Origin: Bispira polyomma
Lineage: Eukaryota
Direction: 5' to 3'
Assembly (NCBI GenBank): GCA_965649765.1
Contig: OZ287754.1
Span: forward strand, 65,720,001 to 65,784,000
DNA: 64,000 nt
Shown here: one piece after another, positions 13,006-25,516 of the stretch
Layout of the letters: each line of letters begins with the position of its first letter
Numbering within the stretch: position 1 is the stretch's first letter
Translations under genes and position numbers: made by a program
The notes under the pieces: generated by a model
What the model saw: the letters and a program-made list of their open reading frames with translations, nothing else
The model's database searches: none
What the model was told of the DNA's origin: nothing

Positions 13006-14336
13006 CATTCTACAGAGGATTCCACAGAGAAAAGTCTATACAGGATTTATCAGTGTATTATAAGGGTGACCAAGGAGGCCATCTTCTGTGTTTTCCTTGG
13101 GGCAACTCTTCACTTCTTCTGAGTATCACCTCCTGCCTGCAGTTTTGGTGAAAAGCTTATTCAAATAAAACAAGGTTTGGGTGATTTCTGAATTTTATTG
13201 AAAATTACCAGACAGTAGGACTTAGCTGTTGCAGCACTGCACATATCTACCAGTGACAAGTCATCGGTGTATAGTTTACAAATATTTGATGTTTGTGTAT
13301 CTTGATGATAATATTATAACGATTATCGGTAAAACACGAGCAGTATGAGAATTTCTAGAACGGCAAGTATACCTATTTTAAAACGTCTATATGTCAGTGA
13401 ATCTGGCACGGAATTTAAATTTCTAAAAACTGTCATAAAGTGTATTAATTACTCTTTATGGACATATTAATCTTAAAATTGTAGCATAGACAACTTCCTT
13501 GAATTTTGTAAACAGAGTCGGTACCAGTAATGGAATTTTACCGACTGTACAGTTTAAGCTCCTCCGTATGACCCGCACACGCCAACATTAATTAGCTTTG
13601 GCGGCAAACACTGCGCAAACTTTTATAACAAAAAAAAACCTGCCTGTTATTTTGTCTATAGCAAAAGTTGAGCCAAATGAATCTGAATACGTAAAAAAAG
13701 TTATAATTTCTTAAAGAAAGGTTCCCAATGTAGGAAAAAAATCTATTCTCTCAATATTATAAGTTTATAGCCTGTTAATAACTGCCTCCATGTGAGTATT
13801 TTAGTGACCCTGTGTGGTATTCACAAAAAGTATAAGTCTTAACATAGCCTCACTTAGATTACATATTTGACTAAAACATTTGAGACTATATTAGTTTTTG
13901 TAATGAGAGCTATGATGTTGTCGCAGTGCCAAAATGACTAACATCTAAATTTTAACTTTTTGGGTTAAAAGGTCAGGTCAAAATTTGTGGATTAAAACTA
14001 GGTTTGACCGTATGTGGAACCCAGCCCAGCATTGTTATAGTTGGGTTTATTATGATTTGTGCGATGTCAGGTGTATTTTGGAGCCACTGTACAGTTGGCG
14101 GAAATTAAATTCAGTGACACTTTAATGACAAGCTGCGGGGAAGGGATAGATGTGGCAATAATCCAAAATTCTGTTGCTCTGTTGATCATTGCTGCCAATA
14201 CTAATCACATCATTCCAACATGTAAACCACACTTATCCATATATTTTAAATCACTATGTATGGGCTCAAGTGTATATATGTCAATACCACTACAATTCTC
14301 CATATTAGAATCATAACATAAACTAGAAAAAAAGCC

Positions 14337-14509
14337 TTAATGACTTTAAAGACTGCCCATGACACAACACATCTTTTCTCCAAGGCAAATTGCAGTGTCG
14401 CATAGTGTCATGCTGGGACCAGTCTGAATAATCAGTATATATTGTCTTGTTTCTATGTTTCTGTATTGTTGTGTCGTGTCATGTTGTGGGCAGTCTGTAA
14501 AGCCCTTAA
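14337..14509. mobile_element. small palindromic MITE (PIF/Harbinger-like)
   Basis: Termini ttaatgactttaaagactgccca / tgggcagtctgtaaagcccttaa; related degenerate copy at ~26980-27127. Confidence 0.5.
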
Positions 14510-15324
14510 CAAACCACTGACTACACTACACTACAAGGAATGACTCGACAGTGATATACACACAAAACACCAGACTACATAATCCATATATTCTATACAT
14601 TGCCACTGCCAAAAGGTGAAAAGGGGCATTTTAAGACAATTCTTTATGAATCAATGAAGCATATCATTCTTAATATATATCACAAATTTGGTTTTGTGCC
14701 ATGATATCTAACAGCGGATTTGAGAATTAATCCTCTATTTTCGCCCACTCTAAAATAGGCAGAAAAGAGGGATACCCGTATTAAAACTTAAATATCTCAG
14801 CTGTTTTTTAACGGATTTTGATGCAGCGAAAAGCACAGTAATGGCAATGAAATAAGCTTTTTAGAAAAGTTTTTAGAAAAAAAAATTCTGCAGTAGTTTC
14901 TAAGTTATTAATACATAATCGGTGATTTTTTGGTCCAAATCCAGCAACTGCTAGTATACACCAGGGTATTCCCATCACCACCATATACCGGAAGTTCCAG
15001 AAGCTGATAAATAATCATGTGATGAAATGAGAGGAGTTCAGCTGGAGTCTAATATCCACAAATCTTTCATCCTGGAATATGGTTGCAGTTTATTCACAAC
15101 TTGGTTAAATAAATGGCTCTTTGCAGAGCAACCAATATTATGCCAAAACAACAACTAATCAGTTGTGTTGTAATGTATTCAAATTTGTACTAATTTACCT
15201 ACCTTTATCCGGTATTTAAAGTATGTGATTCAAAGTATGTGCTATTTACCTTTTTTTGAAAGCTGAAGTACAGGAAAGCAGCACCAGTAACTGTGATTCA
15301 AGTACAGCAAACCAGTTATTATAT

Positions 15325-15560
15325 ATACCCTTGGAGAAGGTGCATTACACAAATTTGTCCCTCTCTACCAAGGTGTATAAATGGGTACCTGGCCGCTAAT
15401 TAGTGTTAGTCTTTGTGTGCTGCATGTGGCTAGTATGTTTCCCAAGGCAGCTGAGACTGAACAATTGGTTTACAAGTGGAAGAACCCAGGCTGGAGATGT
15501 AAACTTTAAAGTTGGGCCAGACCTCCATAAAGGTGATATAAGACTATAGCAAACTATAAA
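15325..15560 (+). mobile_element. old SINE fragment with a Deu/Nin-like central motif
   Basis: ctctctaccaaggtgtataaatgggtacctgg resembles the conserved central motif of ancient metazoan SINEs. Confidence 0.45.
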
Positions 15561-16499
15561 CCTACACATATTTACATTTCATTCTCCTACCAGCTTGAGG
15601 ATGACCATTTATCAAGTCCTGAGGTTCGTTAACCTGCCCATTGAGATAGGATCCAATGACAGAAAAACGCCATTAAAAATATGGTCATCCTATGTATGTC
15701 TGTATCTGCATTCCTAAGCAAGTGTGTTAGTGGTAGATGAAGGGTAGTGGTTTTGCTTTAAGAAAGTGAATGTTGACAAATTTACTGATTTTTAACAGTA
15801 ATGTCACTTATGGAATAGTTTATTAACATAAAGGCGGCCTCAGTGGTGTATTGGAAACACCTGCCCACCCATGCAGTTGTGGGTTTAAATCTCGAACTGA
15901 GCATGTACATAGGCAGTACACTTGCTGAAGGCTGATACTTTGCAGTGAAAACCTGACTTCCTCACAGAGATAATCTTGCACATACACATGTGTTTAACAT
16001 CTAAGATTAGCAGTTTTATTATTTATGTTTTGTTTGGAAGTCTTCACACATCTGTGACAGGTGAATAAATTCATTAACCCAAGGTCAAACATTTCTGAAG
16101 TAAGGTTAGAATAGCTGCATCCTCTAAATAAGCAGTAAAACTACACATGTCAGTTCAACCATTGATTTATTAATGTCATGATATAATAAAATACTCCATA
16201 CCTTAGTGCTACTCAATATTTATATATTTATTTGATTATCGTACTAGTAGTACTAGAAAGATTGATACAATACAAAATAAGTAGAATATTGTACAAGTAC
16301 ATTGACAAATTGATTGTTGAATTTCAACTTGACACACTTCCGTTTAAAAAAACGAAGTTTAGCATTTATATTGACAGATATGTTCTCTATTTAACTTGAA
16401 CACAAACTTTGAAAATATTCGATGCAGCTCAATCTCGACTGCTGTCTTCAAAAATTAGGTTAAATATTGGTATTTATACAGACACAAACCAGTATGTTG

Positions 16500-17630
16500 C
16501 AGCCCATAACAGTAATAAAAAAACAGTGATAAAAAATGAAAATAATCTGAATAGGCAATATTTAGACACATATAGTTGCGGAACAGAGATTGTATGGAAT
16601 CTTATAACACTTCTCCACAATTAGCATAAAAAATAACATTAATTATGGACCTTATGGTAGACTTTGTTATCCGAACATGTTAGGACAGCAAGACTTTTGT
16701 TCATAAAATAGAAGAGGAATTTAGTACAATACAAAACATGGAAAACAGAGAGTAAAAATTGGTTCATAAAATAGAACATTCAGATAATAGAAGTTGAAAT
16801 AATAGATCTTACTGTAATATATAACCAAACAAAAATAAAGCAGGATTTCTACTTAACCGGGTAGATTTTACAGAAATTATATTTCTCACTGATAGAGGAA
16901 ATAGGGGCAGAGTAGTGCTGAACTACATCACCAAGGTGCCAACAACTTATTTGATAATAAATATACTGGTATTTAATACTTTAGAAACAGAAACTCTATT
17001 TTTGACAACACATTCCATCACACTGATACAGAAGAGTTTAACAACAATTACAAGTAATTGCAATATGTTACAACAGAATGTGGAAATTTGACTGTCAAAA
17101 CAGTGGATGTATCTATAGAATCTGTAAACTGTGTGACCAAGATGTCGAAGATAAAATTCACTTTGTTTTTTTACTCTACCTACCACAAAACTGAGAGACT
17201 TGCATTCTCTCAGAAAATGAATGTCCAATACATTGAATGGAACTCTTGAAGATAATAAAAAGTTTGACCTTTTAATGAAGAAAGAAAATATTAACATCTT
17301 TAAGGACTATATAGTAAAAATCTTCTTAAATAGGAAAGCAATGTTAAACTAGTAAACCATAACAAATTAAAAATTACGTATTAATAAACTAAATCTATGA
17401 ATGTTTTGTAAACTTATACTTAGCTTGATGTAAACTGCTACTTGTATACTATGTAAATTGTATATAGTAATATATATATTTGTTTTGTATATATGATGAA
17501 TATCTAAAATGTATTTGTAAGAAGTGCCTCATACGCCCAGGTAAAATGGGCTGGCTGTGTAGCCAATGTATAAAAGTTCATGTTTTATGTATGTGCAGGT
17601 GACACTATAATAACAAAATTCTCTCTCTCT
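16500..17630 (+). pseudogene. highly degenerate LINE (L2/CR1-group) 3' end
   Basis: Manual translation at ~17115-17170 gives YRICKLCDQDVEDKIHFVF, a C-terminal Cys/His motif; 3'UTR-like gcccag...tgggctgg hairpin followed by a ctctct tail at ~17620. Confidence 0.55.
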
Positions 17631-19471
17631 ATATATATATAAAAATTCAAAGTGATTACTTGTCAGTTTATAAAAAAGTAAATAATGTTGTTAGGGAGAA
17701 CTTCACATAATACAATTCATTATTCCCGAATGACAAACAGCCTTCTGATACACCAAGAACCTTAGGACCGTATTCACAAACAAGGGTCAAGGTCAGATCC
17801 AATTTGAGGAAAAAGTTATTCATCAATTAAATTGGTATTCACAAAGCAGGTCGAAATGACCAAAAAAACAGTCACAACGTCCGATAAAAAATGGATCGAA
17901 ATATCTGGTAGGTTGAACTTGTTGTGTTATCTGTCTTTAGTGTAGAGTATTTGGGAAGGACATAAACAATTATAGAAACCAGCAACTAGTCTATTATTCG
18001 CGAGACTAAAACACTGTAATTAAACTTTCGTGATGCTGATAATGTTGACTTGCCGATAATACCGAAGATCAAATGTTTTGTTTAGCTGATCCAAAGAAAT
18101 TTTTTCTCAAATTTGATCTGATCGTACTATCACATTCGTCATATAAAAAGATATTTTAAACAATTTTGGATGTGCAGACCAATAATTAGATACTGTTGAC
18201 GGTTACTGTATCATGGACTGGGCTACCATTGTCAGTAACAAAGCTCCTGTGATCTTTTATATTACAATATCTACCAGTTTTCAGCACAAACATTAAAGTT
18301 GGCCAAAATAGTATAAATTTGTAAAAGCCTTGAAAATGATTAAGATTAAAATTAAATATTTAGTCTCATGGAAACTTTTTAATTCCCTGTATCTAGATTA
18401 ATTGTACACAACTCATTCAGTAGCCATAACTCTTGACAGCTCTTGGTTGGATTCCACTTGGCTTCCTTGTACCAAATCATACTTTGACATCATACATGTG
18501 GCGGTTTATTTTGGTTGGAATCCCAGAAAATAATTAATATATATATATTAGCACAACAAAGTTATGTTATAATATATACTATACTTTGGTGGTAAATCCA
18601 ATTTAAAAAATTTTTCAACAGACAATATTCTATATCTTTGTATTGTAGGCATGTGATTGTTATATGTTATATGAATAGTGTAATAACCATATTTACGGCG
18701 AAACGCTGTCCACCACAAATCGCAGCCACCCCCCATCCCCACCCCTGTAACTCGGAAAATAAAGATAATATTATTATAAAAATATGGTAAGAAGCCTATT
18801 TCATTGTGATTACTGTGTTTTTGGTTGCATTAAAATATGTTAAGAATAGGCAAAGATATTTTTGTTGAAATAAGGGTATCTCCGACAACTTGCATATTTT
18901 GAATAATTTTGGAGATGCATTCTACATTCAATTAACAGTAACTTCACTATTATTTAATATAATTTAAATTGGTAACAAATGATACTTGGGTCTTTTGTAC
19001 TAAATAGAGATATATATACAGGCCAGTCAGTCTCCAATACAAATTTGTTCAGAAGAATTCTGTGCAATCGTGTGTATTGTGGGCTATTGAAATAGGATTA
19101 ATTATTTTAATAATGAGTGGTTTAGTCAAAATATTGATAAACCAAATTAGATATAAGTCAATTGAAAGTACGCAAGTTTTTTTGTATTTTTTTAAATCTT
19201 AAATATTGAAACATATAGATAGATAGATAGATAGACCAGTCATTGCAAGATCACACACCGTTCTAACTTTCGAAGACATCACACCCACCGATGCACACAC
19301 TTTTAAGTATTTTGTCTAGAGGGCCGATATGAGGGCAAATATAAGGGCAGTACGATTCTAAAATCCTCTAAATCATGGGAGGTGGCTGTAAAATCACCTA
19401 AATTGTGGGATAAATCGCCTAGGGCTCTAAAATTTGCGCTTTTGTAGCTTTAATAGTCAATCATACATTAA

Positions 19472-20181
19472 GCCTACGCTTCCTTTCAGCACATTCCGAC
19501 GTCGGCCGATTTGTGTGTGTCCGACGTCGGCCGACGTCGGCCGATGTAGCGCTTCCTTTCATCAGATATATACTCACTATTAGTCGGATGGTAACTTTGA
19601 AAATGGCATGAAAAAGCTTAGTTTATTGTGATTACTGTGCTTTTTTTACCACAAAAATTTGTTTAGAAACGACTGAGATATATACAGTTAAAAAAGGGCA
19701 TCCATTTTTACTTCCTGGTGTGTAAGTTGTGACGTAGCTACAAAACCTGACATCATTATGACATCACTGTGACGTATAATTCACTGTAGAAAGGGAAGTT
19801 AAATGGGGTACCCTTCTATAAACTTTAATATCTGAGCCGTTTCTTAACGGATTTTGGTGAGGAAAAAAGCACAGTAATCACAATAAAATAAGCTTTCTCA
19901 TGCCATTTTCAACTTTAACATCCGACGAATATTCAGTATTTATTGGATGAAAACTATAACTGTGACAGTGGTTTTGTAGCCATTTTTAGTTCAAAATCGG
20001 TCTGTCCTCCCGATTTTTTCCCTCCCTGAGAGATAAAATATGTTGGCCAAACAGACGTCGGCCGACGTCTGATCGGATCTGATGCAAATCTGATGAAAGG
20101 AAGCACTTGGTAGTAATGTGTAGTGAGGGGAAAAATCGGCCGACGTCGGCCGATAAAAACATGGTGAAAGGAAGCGTAGGC
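19472..20181. mobile_element. PIF/Harbinger-type MITE with an internal long inverted repeat
   Basis: TIRs GCCTACGCTTCCTTTCA / TGAAAGGAAGCGTAGGC, TAA TSD on both sides, CCGACGTCGG subterminal palindromes, long internal inverted arms within 19580-19930. Confidence 0.85.
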
Positions 20182-20708
20182 TAACTTTTTATTACACCTG
20201 TTGAGAGTTCTATCTTTACATAGTAAATTGTGCTTAATGGACAGAATTGTAGTTTTTTGTGGTCTTTTCAGAATTAAAATATCTTCACCGAGATATTTGA
20301 AGTTAAAGTAGGACCTAATAATGTTAAAATATGTTACAATTAATGACTATGTTTAGGCAGTTGAAACAATTGCGCTAGTTCATTTTAAATAGTTTGTCAC
20401 AAAGTGATTAAAAGACCTATATATATATATTAATGAAATGACGTCCTCGTCAGTTTCAATGAACTGGACTCACTAGAAATCACTCTTGTAAAAGTAACAT
20501 ATATATATCGAGTGGGGAGGGGGAGGTGTGATCTTCATATTAATGTACTGAGGTGCAATGCATTAAAAGTTGGAATGAAGAGGGGAGTGGGGGGGGGGAG
20601 GTGTGATGCTTTTAGCAGTTGGAATAGAGGTGCGATGGTTTTAGAAGTTTGAATAGGGTTAAATTAACATAATTACAATGGGGATTTACAATTGTGGTCT
20701 TCACAAAG

Positions 20709-20744
<36 letters not shown>

Positions 20745-22302
20745 ACCCCTCATATACATAATGGTAGGGCGGGAAAAAGAAGCAATATTTTAATAGCCAA
20801 AAACGTCTCCCCCGTCTCTCTCTCTGAGAGATAAAAAAATATATACATGTAAATGTCCTTGGGTGCTATGCCTTTACAAGTTGGAATGAGAGGTAGCTTC
20901 AAAAGGTTAGGGAGTTGGCTATAAATCGGCCAGGGATTTGGTATGTGGCTGATAAAATGAACTATCCAATTTATATTACATGTATATTTATTCTTTATTA
21001 AGGATGTGTTTTAATTCTACAATTGACATTACAATTATACAAAAGTTAATAATCTCTCGTATTTTAGATTCGCCTGCATTCACAAAGTTAACAAGTTCTA
21101 TGAAATCCAAATTATTAAATTACATACGAGGCATAAAGAAAATTATATAATATTATTCTATAAACTCCAGCCACAATTTAGTGGTTAATGTGGAGCTAAT
21201 TAAGCTAGTCAGTCACACGTCCAGTTATATCAAACAAATCAATTACAGCTGTGGCTTCCTATATAATTTTAATTATGAAAGGATGGACATGGTTACTAAT
21301 ACTAAATCCAGTAAGCTAATTAATCACAGATCTAGTCCTTTTAAACAAATCAAGTAATACATGGCTTCCCATTATATCAAGGTATCTTAAATAATCTGTA
21401 AAAAAGGCATAGTGAACGGATAAAGTTATTGTGATATAACAGCAATTTAGGGCGGCTTTTAATAGAAAAATAAAATCACAGAAACATACATTATAAATGT
21501 AATTATTGCACAAACAAGCAATCTATTTTAAGGAATAGTTATGAACATTCAATAATGAATTTTAAACCCGAATTATTCTGTCAAGAAAGCATTATGAAGA
21601 GATAAGGTTATTGTAACCTTATAGGAATTTGAGGCCATTACACTCACAGAAAATATACATTATAAATGTAAGGTTATCAGTATCGAAATACTACTCTATT
21701 ATCATGTAAAATGTTCTGTTATTTACTATACTTATTAAACAAGCGTACATACAACATTATTCAATAACAAGATGACAAATCATACATGGCTTGTGTAGTA
21801 ATTCTTAATATAATTCACGGCATCAGTTAAAGATCCAAAATTCTTTGCAGTCCAGTTATGTCCAAGTTATAATTGACCAAGGTGCATACCAAGTTTTACG
21901 AAGTCCTGCCCGGATTCGAACCCGGGTACTACGGCACCTTATCGCCTAGCAGTGAAGGTTCCCAACTGCAGAGCTTTCATCCCTGGTAGCCACACCAGGG
22001 GGTAGTTACAGCTGAGAACCAACACCACACGTAGCCAGGCTTGAACCCAGGCTAGAGCACGCAAAAGATGCACCCAGCAGCAAGTTCTCTACCATTTAAG
22101 GAGATCAAGGCAAGCCATCATACACCCAGCAGCAAGTACTCTACCATTTAAGATATTCAAATAAACTATAAATTCATTTCATATTTTATTATAACAAGTT
22201 TGGGCATATCTCACAACTACATAACAGGTTAGTTGGTTAGCACATTCAACTAAAAGATATGTGGGGGAAAAATTCAAGCCCCAAACCCAAATAAAGTAGG
22301 AA

Positions 22303-23263
22303 TTAGGAAAGAAGTTGTTGGAAATTTAAAGCGACCTTGTCAGCAGAATCATTTTGCTGAAGGTAGGCATATACGGTGTCACTGCGCCAGTTTCCATGCA
22401 TTCTAATGTGCTCGAACATCATGCCATGGTTAAATGCGAAAGTCGCCCCACTTCGCCTGAATGCATGGAAAGTAAATGAAGAGGGTTCGAACCCCAAAGT
22501 ATGCCACAAAGACGCTAAAACTTGTCTAGCTTTACATGCCAACAAAGGGCGAAAACCCACGGAAGTGGACAGAAGAAAAACCGGATATGAAGGGGGAACA
22601 GGAGAATGAGCAAACATTTGCTTCAAAGCCTTAATAGGACATAAAGGTAAATTTGGTATTTCAGGAAGCTGAACAATCTGAAATTGATCGTATTTCTGGA
22701 GTGTTTTGACCACTTTATGGCAATATGGCAGCCAGGAGGTTTAAAAATAATATCAGCCCGTGTAAGAAATCTAGGATTTTTAATATCCTTGTAACTGATT
22801 GGGAGAACATTTGATATTCTAAAAAACCCGAAAAAGGAAATCAGAAACAATGTTTGATACACAATCCCATGTTTAATAGTGTGACACCTAGAAACCAACT
22901 GGACAACATCTGTATAGAAATTACCCCTTTAATTCTAGGGGCAAACGTAGAATTAATAGAGATAGATCTCATCAACATTCTAACCTTAAGGTGAGCAAAA
23001 CTTGAAGCATCCAACCCGAAAAAGTTAACATAGTGTTTGACACTGGAAAGGTAGTTTTGAATGGTGGGTGGAGTAAGAGCAGAGGTAGCTAAAAATTCGA
23101 TAAAAATCAGTACATAATTTAAACTGGTGAAGTGAGGAATATTCCAAAATATGGCCAAAGCCAAAAAGGTTCTAAATTGGGCTGAATATGCAGTTCTGGT
23201 ACATGGTGGTGTTAAAGCCAGAGGTATTTCCTGTTCAGCTCGTTTTAATAGGGCACTGGCCAT
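22303..23263 (-). pseudogene. tyrosine recombinase with two frameshifts
   Basis: Three overlapping ORFs: core-binding domain (PPTIQNYLSSVK), FFGFFRISNV (catalytic R), IKWSK, HAFRRSGATFAF (HxxR), HGNWRSDTVYAYL (W, Y). Confidence 0.92.
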
Positions 23264-23271
23264 AGAAGAAC

Positions 23272-23790
23272 CTAAATCAAATAGAAAAATTTGGTAAAAA
23301 AACTATCACTATTAACTTGCCACCATTTAAAATTCTCCAGCTCTTGTACAATGTTTAAATCTACACTACTAGTAAACCAACAGAAAAGGCAATCAGCCCT
23401 GTCATTATCAACACCCGAAACATGTGTGACCTTAAGTTTAATGTCATTGCGTGCGAGAATCCACCATATAGACCTGGCATACAGCATGAGGACATTGTCC
23501 CTACTACGTCCATAAGTAAGTGCCTGAACTACCGCCCAATTATCGCACTGTATGTGCACATACTTGCCACCCCACAGGTGTCCCCAGACGTTTAATGCGA
23601 CCAAAATATTTGCCATCTCAAAATGTACTATAGTGCAATTTTTCATAAACTGGAGGGGAATAGTGGCTGGATAGACATTATGATCCCAGATTGCTCCGAG
23701 ACCTGTGAGGCAAGCATCAACACTAACAGTAACATCGGGGGTTTCCATTCTATGAATAACCACAATTCCGTTAAATTTCTCTAAAAAGGG
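23272..23790 (-). CDS. DIRS-type RNase H domain (pol C-terminus)
   Basis: VSVDACLTGLGA, IVHFEMANILVAL, IQCDNWAVV and HVSGVDNDRAD supply the D-E-D-D residues; preceded by the FLEKFNG linker motif. Confidence 0.9.
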   Translation of the reverse strand, partial: PFLEKFNGIVVIHRMETPDVTVSVDACLTGLGAIWDHNVYPATIPLQFMKNCTIVHFEMANILVALNVWGHLWGGKYVHIQCDNWAVVQALTYGRSRDNVLMLYARSIWWILARNDIKLKVTHVSGVDNDRADCLFCWFTSSVDLNIVQELENFKWWQVNSDSFFTKFFYLI

Positions 23791-24304
23791 AAAAATTTGC
23801 GCCCGTCATATACTGGACAGAGGGTTTCCATGTGTAGTTTTAACGAGAGTTGTGTGGGAATCATTGTGTACAGTGACTCGACCAAGATTTGCTTGCAGAC
23901 ACATACTGGCTACTTTAGGGAGTGTTCCAGCTGACTGGTCACAACTCTCCCGAAGAAGCAGCGAGTTTTCATTAATATTACTACAATATAGATCAGTGTC
24001 GCTAGAAACGACCTTGCCACCAATTTTAGGCACATCAATACTTTGCAAATTAGTTTTGCCTTGCAAATAATCGTTATAGACATTATGTACATTCTTTTGA
24101 GATGAAGAAACCCGAGCACTGTATCTGATTTTTAGAACTACTATCTACATAATTCATATTAACACTACCCTTTTCTATTTTAATTTCCTGATTACAAACT
24201 TCCCGTGGAACAGAGACAACAGGCAAGCAACTATGCTCGCTGGTTCCAATATGTCCACATACAGTACTGGGCTTGACATGCAAGTTTTTGAATGTTCCTG
24301 GTTA

Positions 24305-24756
24305 TTATTGCCTGTCCCCGTTTTTTGAGAAACCACTGCCCGCCTTTCTATTGCAAAACTTGCCCACTGTTTTAAAGCAGTGCTCACAAGCATGCTTCAA
24401 CATGACGCCCCCTTCAGCATGGTCATGTTTGAACGTACACGAACCGTTATTAAACTCAATACAAGTACTTCCCCGACACTTTACCAGAATTGGCAGCATT
24501 TTTAGAATTTGTATTTGGAAAAATAGTTCTTTGAGTAAATCTAGCCCTAGTATTATGCACTTCCAGCTGCTTACCCCAGTCTAATTTCCCCCTTTCCATT
24601 TGTTGCAAAATCTCTAGTCAGGTGGTTCGAAGCTCCAGCTTGGACATCCATGATAAATGGGCAGTTGTCTCCCACCGGCCTAATATGCTTGTTGTTACAC
24701 TTGCAACAATGTGTAAATTTCTTCGCCTCACGATCGTGTGGCATCCTACTACTCAA
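24305..24756 (-). pseudogene. gag remnants
   Basis: CCKCNNKHIRPVGDNC and CIEFNNGSCTFKHDHAEGGVMLKHACEHC match the N- and C-terminal motifs of the gag at 1266-2489. Confidence 0.7.
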
Positions 24757-24939
24757 AAAAATAAAATGGTGAAAACACCAGCCCTAAAAACTCTTCACTC
24801 AGTGCACAAAACGGTTGGAGGAGGAACTGTATGAACCCGGCTGAGTTCTCTTGCTGCTGTCAATACACTTTTCAACCTGCCAACTTTGTGTGCTGAAGGG
24901 TGAGTGACCACATGGCTTTAAATACCCACCATGCAGCCA

Positions 24940-25235
24940 CACACAACCATACATGGAGGCATAACACCAGCCATTCACATCATATGATACCCCTGTAACT
25001 GAGTTATAAAACTGGGCCGGCAGACCCAGTGTCTAGCCAAGGCATCATGTGCTTTATGCAACCATACACAGCCATACATAGACCCACAGCACCAGCCATT
25101 CACATCATATGATTTCTATTCAACTGAGTGGTAGAACTAGCTCAACAGAGCCCATGTCTTGCCACACACATCATGTGCTTTATATAGCCATACACAGCCA
25201 TACATAGAACCACAATTTTAACAATTTACATCATA
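24940..25235. repeat. ~130-bp tandem repeat (about 2 copies)
   Basis: caccagccattcacatcatatgat...catcatgtgctttat...ccatacacagccatacataga is repeated. Confidence 0.7.
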
Positions 25236-25516
25236 TGCTTTAGTACATTCAATTCAAGAGGCCCAGAAATACTCATGACCCCTACATTACATAAGCTATC
25301 AAGGACACCCAGCTACCAGCTGATCAGGCCACCAAGCCATGCTTGAAATACATATAATGTGAACACACAATTTTTTACCTTTACTACCATAAACCCTACA
25401 ATATTGTTGACGTCAGCAATCTGTCCAATAAGTATCAGTGAGCGTACAAAAGTGGTCATTCTACTGAGACTGCACTTCTCTGCATCAAAAATGATGTTCA
25501 TACATCTTTATCCAAA

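Larger units (their letters stand above)
21860..24930 (-). mobile_element. internally deleted DIRS/Ngaro-type tyrosine-recombinase retrotransposon
   Basis: Order on the minus strand: gag remnants, RNase H, tyrosine recombinase, structured 3' repeats. The RT core is absent. Boundaries are approximate. Confidence 0.85.

Noticed and set aside
10625-13145. Possible host exons on the minus strand (~10632-10687, ~13060-13140) and ORF 11351-11632
   Set aside because: Splice-like signals are present, but there is no recognisable protein and no consistent frame.
17763-18310. Degenerate Harbinger nuclease remnant (LDTVDGYCI, FSTNIKV) after a Harbinger-like TIR
   Set aside because: Similarity is too weak and fragmented to support without a profile search.
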